This document shows, piece by piece, positions 9,416 to 15,693 of a stretch of 56,724 nt of DNA. Below the pieces are notes generated by a model. That model did not search any database. It had not been told where the DNA came from and was given only the letters and a program-made list of their open reading frames with translations. Made by a program: the position numbers and the translations under genes. The DNA comes from Patescibacteria group bacterium (lineage in GTDB: Bacteria > Patescibacteriota > Microgenomatia > CAYGWK01), in the NCBI GenBank assembly GCA_049322615.1, contig JBMORX010000006.1, positions 1 through 56,724 on the forward strand. The letters are read 5' to 3'. Every line of letters begins with the position of its first letter. The first letter of the stretch is position 1.

Positions 9416-9459
9416 TAGTCAAATTATATGCCATATTTTGTAATTCACAAAACCTCTCC

Positions 9460-9513
9460 GCCACGTCAAACGTGGAACGTCTGACGTTCCGTGGCTGACT
9501 CGTCTGACGGGTC
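9460..9513. promoter_or_regulatory. GC-rich triple-hairpin element in the 5' leader of the GT4 gene
   Basis: Hairpins ccacgt-caa-acgtgg (9461-9475), ggaacgt-ctg-acgttcc (9474-9490) and gactcg-tctga-cgggtc (9497-9513). An alternative outer stem gccacg/cgtggc (9460-9465 with 9090-9095 offset, i.e. 9490-9495) excludes hairpin 1. The 9-mer cgtctgacg occurs twice. Confidence 0.5.
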
Positions 9514-9563
9514 GCCCCCCCAATTTTATTCACTCGATCATACACTAAACCAATCTTCATCAC
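9513..9563 (-). pseudogene. Orphan 5' fragment of a paralogous GT4 gene
   Basis: The first 17 codons of ORF 9381..9563 (MMKIGLVYDRVNKIGGA) parallel the start of the intact GT4 100 bp downstream (VKVAFVYDRVNKWGGAE). The DNA has diverged, and the frame then runs into the GC-rich hairpin element. Confidence 0.45.
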
Positions 9564-9677
9564 CCACCTATTTTACCAGATTAGGTCTTCTTCTAATAGT
9601 TTTCTGCCTCTTTTTCCAATTTTGCAAGCCTGGTGTAGTGATAAAGAATTTCTGTTATAATACACTCCAGACGAATC

Positions 9678-9705
9678 TCCTTCCGATTTTTCGGAGGGAT
9701 TTTTT
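9678..9705 (+). terminator. Rho-independent-terminator-like hairpin on the + strand
   Basis: 9-bp stem tccttccga/tcggaggga (one G-U pair), loop tttt, followed immediately by tttttt. The T-run is present only on the + strand. Confidence 0.45.
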
Positions 9706-9772
9706 GGGGGAGAATTTAGGCTCGCCCCGAGCAATGCCGAAGGGCTCAAAAAGAAAATAATTCCGCCCTGAG

Positions 9773-10345
9773 TTATCTACTAATATTAATTTCGAAGAGG
9801 GAGAGAAAAATTAAGACAACGCCAAATGTAAAAAAGATCAATAACATATAAAGGAATTTATCGCGCTTAAATTTCCGTTCTTTAATCTCCTGCTTTAATT
9901 CTTGACGAAGCTCCTCATTTTTTTTGTTAAACTCCTCATATTTCTCTGGATTTCGAATAAGGAATTCGACATTTTCAATTTGTCTTTTAATTTGATCCTT
10001 TAATTTGGCGTGTTCGGACCAACCAAAAATAATACTGTTTTCGATAACGATTAACATGTAAAACATGCTACTGATAATTACTAGTACTAACAGAGCAATA
10101 GCAACAAGGAGGAGAGTCTCATTTCGAGCAATCTCTTTGTTTCCTAGAAGCGCACCACCGAAAGCAAGGACTGCGCTAGAGAGAATAGACACCTGGGCTA
10201 CTAAAGATCGTAATTGTTTTATGTCTACTCTGTAGGACTCAATATAATCTTTTGAGATTTCTTTATTCAATTGGAGCAAGTCGTTCAGTTGCTGCTCTGC
10301 TCTATCCACTATTGCCCTTGCAGTGCTTTCGCTAATTGGCTCCAT
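9773..10345 (-). CDS. Hypothetical membrane protein with coiled-coil-like segments
   Basis: 190 aa with three hydrophobic helices and charged K/E-rich stretches. I recognise no family motif. Confidence 0.4.
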   Translation of the reverse strand: MEPISESTARAIVDRAEQQLNDLLQLNKEISKDYIESYRVDIKQLRSLVAQVSILSSAVLAFGGALLGNKEIARNETLLLVAIALLVLVIISSMFYMLIVIENSIIFGWSEHAKLKDQIKRQIENVEFLIRNPEKYEEFNKKNEELRQELKQEIKERKFKRDKFLYMLLIFFTFGVVLIFLSLFEINISR

Positions 10346-10422
10346 AACTCTGTAATTGGGTCAAGTTTTCTCCCCAATTTCAATTTCTCCCGATGTAAAG
10401 TTTTTGAATACAGACTACTCTT

Positions 10423-11070
10423 TTACCCACCCTCTTTTAAAAGCCGAGTATAAACGGTCTCGAAAATTTCATCAAAAGATTTTCTCCGTTTAATCCGGGT
10501 TTTCGGTGGTTGGACACTTCTAAAAATGTTCAAAAGTTTATCGTAGAAGCCTTCGCCAAAAAAATAATCCCAGAATTCCTCTCCGACTAGGATAATATCG
10601 GCGCTTTTATACACCTCTTTGCCCCAAATTGGTGATAATTGAGCCTTCGCACCGTAAGAAAAGGCAATCGTTGTAACACAATCAGGTTCTCTTAATTTTA
10701 ATTTCCTGAAAGCTTGTTTTGTCTTCCTCAAGGCTGGACGAGTAAATCCCTCCGGCCCACTTTTTAGTTGAACATAATGTTTTCTCCCATTTTTAATAAT
10801 GGCCAGATCAATATCTTCTATTTTAGGATCAGAGTCAAGAATCTTCACTATCTCCTGAAGTAAGGTCCCAAAAGATGTCACCATTCCTCGTTGGAGCCTT
10901 TGGGTTAGGAAAAACTTTATTTTGGCTTTTTCGTCTTGGAGTTTGAGCGCTTCTGCCAAAAAGGGGTTAATTACAATTTCACTTGCATCCAAGTTCTCAT
11001 ATTCGTGAATCCTTTCGATAAAGTCTATGATTTTTTTCTTAATCTGTTCTTCTTTAGTTTTATCAATCAC
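10423..11070 (-). CDS. Putative type II restriction endonuclease (PD-(D/E)xK-like)
   Basis: 215 aa. Its start overlaps the methyltransferase stop by 4 bp. EDIDLAIIKNGRKHYVQLKSG resembles a D...(E/Q)xK nuclease core. This is a weak call based on motif and context only. Confidence 0.4.
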   Translation of the reverse strand: MIDKTKEEQIKKKIIDFIERIHEYENLDASEIVINPFLAEALKLQDEKAKIKFFLTQRLQRGMVTSFGTLLQEIVKILDSDPKIEDIDLAIIKNGRKHYVQLKSGPEGFTRPALRKTKQAFRKLKLREPDCVTTIAFSYGAKAQLSPIWGKEVYKSADIILVGEEFWDYFFGEGFYDKLLNIFRSVQPPKTRIKRRKSFDEIFETVYTRLLKEGG

Positions 11071-12269
11071 ACTTTTCTCCAGATAAGAACGCTCTCAAAG
11101 AAGGGTGTGTCTCGCATACCCGTTCTTCTATTTACGTGTCTGTCTATCTTGCCTTCCCACTTAAAACCTACGGATTCAGGGTTATAAAGATTGTCTCTAT
11201 CGTGGACTACTATTACCACAACAGCATCTTTAGTCATGAACTTCTTAGTATGAAGGAACACTTTATTTATTTCTCTTATGTATTCTTCTTTTGCCTTTCT
11301 ATCTCGACCCCTGGATGGTTTACCTATCTCCTTTTCTTCCATTTTTGGTAGGTCAAGAAGCTCGAAAGCATATTTATGCTGCTCGTGGTAGTCTATCAAG
11401 CCAACATAAGGGGGTGATGTTATAACGCAGTCTATGCTGGTAGGTAGTTTGACCTCTCTTGAATCTTCATGGATTACTCTTGTAGAAGCATCGGTCCTGA
11501 TGCGACTAAATTCTCCAACTCTATTTAGGGCATCTATACCATACCTGGTTAAAAACTTGTAGGCTTCCTCCACAGGCTTGCAAATTCTACCGTGCTTCCG
11601 GCAATAATACGGTTCTGTTTGTGGTCTCTGGGGAAAGTCTAAATCGTAATGCGTTGTCAATCTTGCCGACCGCGCTGCTCTCGAGAGGACTACTTTTAAA
11701 AAGCCTTGATGTTTGTAGTTAGGAATGAGTGATTTAAAATAAAGAAGCTCTTTTCTGGCTTGGGGTGCAAACCAAGTCCTCAGATATTCATTCTCTGTAT
11801 CGTCAATTTTGGCTCCTTCACTATTAGCGAATAGTGGAAATCTTCTTATTTTTAATAATTTATCTAAAATGCCTGCAACCTCACGTCTTAGTAACTCAAT
11901 ATCGTATTTGTAAAGTTTTACCCGCGATAGGAGAACATTAAATGCAGAAATATCGCAACCGATGGAATTTATGCCAAGGGCGTTTGCTTCCACCAATGTG
12001 GTTCCAGATCCACAGAAAGGATCGTAAACCAATTTTGGTCGATATTTTCTCAAAAACACCTCCACAAGTTGGGGTATAAATTTCCCAAGGTATGGGTGAA
12101 GCCTGTGAACATGTTTTGTTCTTACCCTCTCTGGAAGATCTTTCTCTCTCCAATTTAAATTTAGATCCTCAAGTGGCGTAGCCGGCGTAATGGAGGCAAA
12201 ATCAGTAATTGGAGATTTCTTATAAAAGCTTAATACTCTCGGATGTAGTTGTGTAATTAGTCCGTCCAT
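11067..12269 (-). CDS. DNA methyltransferase (N6-adenine or N4-cytosine, alpha-type motif order)
   Basis: 400 aa. AdoMet motif I is DPFCGSGTTLVEA and catalytic motif IV is VITSPPYVGLIDY about 200 aa later. Confidence 0.8.
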   Translation of the reverse strand: MDGLITQLHPRVLSFYKKSPITDFASITPATPLEDLNLNWREKDLPERVRTKHVHRLHPYLGKFIPQLVEVFLRKYRPKLVYDPFCGSGTTLVEANALGINSIGCDISAFNVLLSRVKLYKYDIELLRREVAGILDKLLKIRRFPLFANSEGAKIDDTENEYLRTWFAPQARKELLYFKSLIPNYKHQGFLKVVLSRAARSARLTTHYDLDFPQRPQTEPYYCRKHGRICKPVEEAYKFLTRYGIDALNRVGEFSRIRTDASTRVIHEDSREVKLPTSIDCVITSPPYVGLIDYHEQHKYAFELLDLPKMEEKEIGKPSRGRDRKAKEEYIREINKVFLHTKKFMTKDAVVVIVVHDRDNLYNPESVGFKWEGKIDRHVNRRTGMRDTPFFESVLIWRKV

Positions 12270-12365
12270 TTTGGGTTTGTTTGGCTAATCTCATTTAATC
12301 CAGTGTAAAAGGCATTGTCAAGAACTAATTTTACCACTTTTCCAAAGCCTTGAGAAGACTCTATC

Positions 12366-13526
12366 TTACTTAACTGCTTCTTGATAAACTGCCAAAGTTT
12401 GTCTGACTAGTTTCTGCCAGGAATATTTTTTGACTTGCTTAAGTCCATTTTCAACTAACGTTTTGCGTGTTCTCGTATCACGTATCACCTTTCTAATTTT
12501 CTCTGCCATGTCTTTAGGGTTCAACGGATTAAAGTATTCGGCTGCCTCGCCATAGATTTCTCGTAAAACGGGAATATCAGAACAAATAACCGGACAGCCA
12601 GCGGCCATTGCCTCGAGTCCGGGTAAACCAAATCCTTCAGAAAGAGTGGGGAAAACAAACGCCTCGGCTTGCCGATAAAGTAAAACTAGATCTCTATCGG
12701 GAACAAAACCAACAAAATTAACATATCTCTCTGCCCCTAGTTCTTTTACTTTCTTTTTCAGCCTTTCCCAAAAAACACTTCGGGCACAGGAAACAACCAG
12801 AGTAATTGGCCCGCCTTGCGGCGAGGCAGGTAATTGGTAATTAGTAATTAGTAGTTTAATTGATTGAATTAGTCTTTCGACATTTTTATGGGGATAAACA
12901 CTCCCGGTATAAATGATAAATGGTTTTTTAATGTTGTATTTTTCTAAAATTTTTGCGTTTTGCATTGTCATTTTTATTTTTTCATTTTTCATTTTAAATT
13001 TATCTTCCACCCCTTCGTAAGTAACGATAATCTTGTCCTCCGGTAAATTATATGCTTTGATTAACTCTTGCTTAACCGCCTGACTGGGAACCAGAATTTT
13101 TACTGCCCTTTTGACCGCCTGGTTAAAGACAAATCTGTATCCCAGATATTTAAGCCAATAAAACCAGGGCTGTCGTGTGGTCGTCTCCATTCCCCGAAAG
13201 GTATGTTTAATTAAATCGTGGATTGTAACGACGAATTTCCCAGAGTAAAAAACTGGAACATTAAAATGGGAAAAATGAACTAAATCTGGTTTCAGTTTAA
13301 TTAATTGAAGTGGTAAAAAAATTTGTTCTCTCAATGAATAATGGGGAACGTCAACAATAACTAGTTTAAACTCATTGCCTACTTCTTTTTTTATTTCTTC
13401 CAGGTTTTTTCTCCGAACCAATAGTATTATTTTTATATTTTTGATTTCGCGAATCAAATTCGCGACATACCTTCCAATGCCCGCATGTTCCAAACCATAC
13501 ATCCTAGCATCGATAACGATTCTCAT
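12366..13526 (-). CDS. GT-B (GT4-like) glycosyltransferase
   Basis: 386 aa. Motif PTLSEGFGLPGLEAMAAGCPVICSDIPVLREI. It is a close paralogue of the genes at 20675 and 23380 and carries repeats at 12831 and 12946. Confidence 0.85.
   Translation of the reverse strand: MRIVIDARMYGLEHAGIGRYVANLIREIKNIKIILLVRRKNLEEIKKEVGNEFKLVIVDVPHYSLREQIFLPLQLIKLKPDLVHFSHFNVPVFYSGKFVVTIHDLIKHTFRGMETTTRQPWFYWLKYLGYRFVFNQAVKRAVKILVPSQAVKQELIKAYNLPEDKIIVTYEGVEDKFKMKNEKIKMTMQNAKILEKYNIKKPFIIYTGSVYPHKNVERLIQSIKLLITNYQLPASPQGGPITLVVSCARSVFWERLKKKVKELGAERYVNFVGFVPDRDLVLLYRQAEAFVFPTLSEGFGLPGLEAMAAGCPVICSDIPVLREIYGEAAEYFNPLNPKDMAEKIRKVIRDTRTRKTLVENGLKQVKKYSWQKLVRQTLAVYQEAVK
12831..12851. repeat. Heptamer array TAATTRG x3, same unit family as 25079-25106
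   Basis: Read directly as taattgg taattag taattag. A further gtaattgg lies at 12801-12808, before a GC-rich 20-bp stretch cccgccttgcggcgaggcag. Translation is KLLITNYQLPASPQGGP. Confidence 0.8.
12946..13003. repeat. AT-rich in-frame module, copy 2 (core TTGTCATTTTT at 12965-12975)
   Basis: Read directly. It translates as KFKMKNEKIKMTMQNAKI in the GT4 interdomain linker. Confidence 0.8.
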
Positions 13527-13542
13527 ATATCTTAATTAATAG

Positions 13543-14490
13543 TCAAGAAAATGTATCATATATTAATATATGATACACCAGACGGAAGAAACCTATTACC
13601 CTAATTCCTAAAATCACAAGCCAGGTCAGCCAACGGGGATATTTATCTTGATAAAACTTTTTGTAAAAAATCTCCATTGCTTTGATCGAGGCTTTAGCGG
13701 TCCTGATTCGTATTTCTCTACTAGCCTGGGAAATCTCCCTTGATTCCTTACGGAGACCAGAACTTGCTCCTTTATGATGCGTGACCAAGGGTTCAGGGTA
13801 AAACATCACTTTCCAACCGGCTTTTTTAATTCGGTAAAATAAATCCAAATCTTCACCATAGAAAAAATAACTTTCATCAAAATTGCCTACCTGATCCAAG
13901 ACTTTCTTGCGAACGAACATAAAAGTTCCAAATCCGGCATCAATCTCATGAGGCTTATCTAAATCAAGATAAAATTTATGATATTGACCAAAAATTTTGC
14001 TTTTAGGAAAAAGTCTCTCCAAACCCAAAAAATAGCAGACTGAGGCCCAGGGCGTAGGAAATCCCCGGTGGCAATCCGGATCCATTCCGCCTGAGAAAAG
14101 CATCGTCTTTGGGGTAGAGGCTCCAACTTTGGGATTTTTATCCATAAAATTTGTCATCTCTACCAAAGCTTGGGGAGTAATCTCGGTGTCAGAGTTTAGA
14201 AATAGGATGTATCTACCATTGGCTGATTTAAGCCCCAGATTGTTGCCTCCAGCGAATCCTAAATTAGTCTGGCTCAAAATAATTTTTAATTTTAAATTGT
14301 CATTTTTCATTTTTAATTTTAAATTTTGAAGTTCTTCGACCGAACCATCGGTTGAGGCGTTATCTACCACGATCGTCTCAAAAGTTAAACCGTCAGTTTT
14401 GGATTTTTTAACAGACCCAAGACACTGACGCAGAAGTTTAAGCGTATTATAGTTTAAAATAATAATCGATAAATCAATTTTTTCTGCCAC
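13543..14490 (-). CDS. GT-A (GT2-like) glycosyltransferase
   Basis: 315 aa. Motifs LSIIILNYNTLKLLRQCL, IVVDNASTDGS and FLNSDTE. Confidence 0.85.
   Translation of the reverse strand: MAEKIDLSIIILNYNTLKLLRQCLGSVKKSKTDGLTFETIVVDNASTDGSVEELQNLKLKMKNDNLKLKIILSQTNLGFAGGNNLGLKSANGRYILFLNSDTEITPQALVEMTNFMDKNPKVGASTPKTMLFSGGMDPDCHRGFPTPWASVCYFLGLERLFPKSKIFGQYHKFYLDLDKPHEIDAGFGTFMFVRKKVLDQVGNFDESYFFYGEDLDLFYRIKKAGWKVMFYPEPLVTHHKGASSGLRKESREISQASREIRIRTAKASIKAMEIFYKKFYQDKYPRWLTWLVILGIRVIGFFRLVYHILIYDTFS
13552..13577. repeat. Perfect 26-bp palindrome tgtatcatatatt|aatatatgataca
   Basis: Read directly; all 13 pairs check. It lies in the last codons of the GT2 gene, 26 bp upstream of the next gene's start at 13526. 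Confidence 0.9.
14277..14328. repeat. AT-rich in-frame module, copy 3 (core TTGTCATTTTT at 14297-14307)
   Basis: Read directly. It translates as NLKLKMKNDNLKLKI. The core is read in a different frame from copies 1 and 2. Confidence 0.8.
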
Positions 14491-15688
14491 TACCTACCTC
14501 CTGATAAATTTTATCTAATTTTTGGGAAATTTTTTGCCAATTATATTTTTCCTCAACTAGTTTTCTGGCTGCCAAGGTCATTTTTTGGTAAAGTTGTTGA
14601 TCTTTAAGAACTCTAGATGTTGTCTTGGCTATTTCTTCAGGTTTGTCTTTGACTAAAATTTCCCTTCCACTCTTGGCGTCTATTCCCTCAATTCCGGTTG
14701 AAGTCGTCACCACCGGCACCCCAGCGGCCATTGCCCCTAAAATCTTAAGCCTCGTTCCTCCAGGCCCAGCCAAAGGAGCGACGAAAACCGTAGCCTGCCG
14801 ATAGGCTTCTCTTACTCCCTCTATATCTGAAACATCAAGGTCATGAACTTCTACCCCATTGCCCTCAAGATCAGCAATTTTCTGGCTTGCCCCCTGCCCC
14901 ACTATCCGACAGCAAGCCTGGGGAATCTCTTTTCTGATTCGGGGAAAGACTTCAATGGCTAAGGTTCTCGCCGCTTCCGCGTTCTGTAACCATAAAAAAT
15001 TGCCCTGAAAAAAGATAATTGGTTTTTTAAAGTCTGCCTTTTTCTTATGGTAAATATCAACTAAATCTTCACCAGCGCCATTGGGAACCACGTCAACTTG
15101 AAGACTAGGCTCTAAAGACCGCATTTTTTTTCTATCGTCTTCGGAGACAGCCACAACTCGAGAGGCTTTTCGCCAAAACCGGGTTTCCCAGAACCTTATT
15201 TTGAAGACATCAAAGTAAAGAAGGGGTTTGGCTTGCCAAAGATTAGAGGTGTCTGCATGATGCTGATAAACTTGAAATTCGATTGTTTGGTCAACTAAAA
15301 GAATTGGAATTTTAGTCTTGGGAATATGAGGCATGACATAAAATGTTTCCGCATGAATAAGATCAAATTTTTCTTCATCAAGTTTTTTTGCTACCGCTTC
15401 CTTCTCCTCGGAAGAAAGATTACGAACTACTAAAAATGGGTAGGGTCCAAATCCAGTTCGTAAAATATTCTTTAGTGTCCAAGGTTTTTCTGGTCTTTTA
15501 AAAACTTCAACCTCCTGACAGAACTTTTCAAGCTCAGGGATATATTTCTTTTCTTCATCGGTTTTGATGAGAGAAAAAAGAGTGATTTTATGCTTTTGGG
15601 CTAAGTTTTTAATTAAGTTATAAGACCTAACCTGTCCTCCCGAAGAAGGAGGATACGGAAGGTAAGGAGTAAGCATTAGAATTTTCAT
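14474..15688 (-). CDS. GT-B (GT4-like) glycosyltransferase
   Basis: 404 aa. Motifs MKILMLTPYLPYPPSSGGQVRSYN and VAPLAGPGGTRLKILGAMAAGVPVVTTSTGIEG. Confidence 0.85.
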   Translation of the reverse strand: MKILMLTPYLPYPPSSGGQVRSYNLIKNLAQKHKITLFSLIKTDEEKKYIPELEKFCQEVEVFKRPEKPWTLKNILRTGFGPYPFLVVRNLSSEEKEAVAKKLDEEKFDLIHAETFYVMPHIPKTKIPILLVDQTIEFQVYQHHADTSNLWQAKPLLYFDVFKIRFWETRFWRKASRVVAVSEDDRKKMRSLEPSLQVDVVPNGAGEDLVDIYHKKKADFKKPIIFFQGNFLWLQNAEAARTLAIEVFPRIRKEIPQACCRIVGQGASQKIADLEGNGVEVHDLDVSDIEGVREAYRQATVFVAPLAGPGGTRLKILGAMAAGVPVVTTSTGIEGIDAKSGREILVKDKPEEIAKTTSRVLKDQQLYQKMTLAARKLVEEKYNWQKISQKLDKIYQEVGSGRKN

Positions 15689-15693
15689 AATAA

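Noticed and set aside
9491-9760. An 89-aa + strand ORF in the intergenic gap.
   Set aside because: Its sequence is low-complexity. It runs straight through the GC-rich hairpins and the terminator-like hairpin, has no recognisable motif, and has no plausible ribosome-binding context. It is most likely a chance ORF.
9416-9772. A tRNA or other structured RNA gene in the three larger gaps (1-350, 9416-9772 and 51942-52127).
   Set aside because: I could not find a cloverleaf-compatible arrangement or a GTTCRANYC-like T-loop. The hairpins at 9460-9513 are reported as a regulatory or repeat element, not as an RNA gene.
13296-13312. The 17-mer tttaattaattgaagtg shared with 23358-23374, with a near copy at about 20017.
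   Set aside because: The 17-mer is AT-rich. My rough estimate for this composition and window size is about one such match by chance, so it is not convincing as a repeat family.
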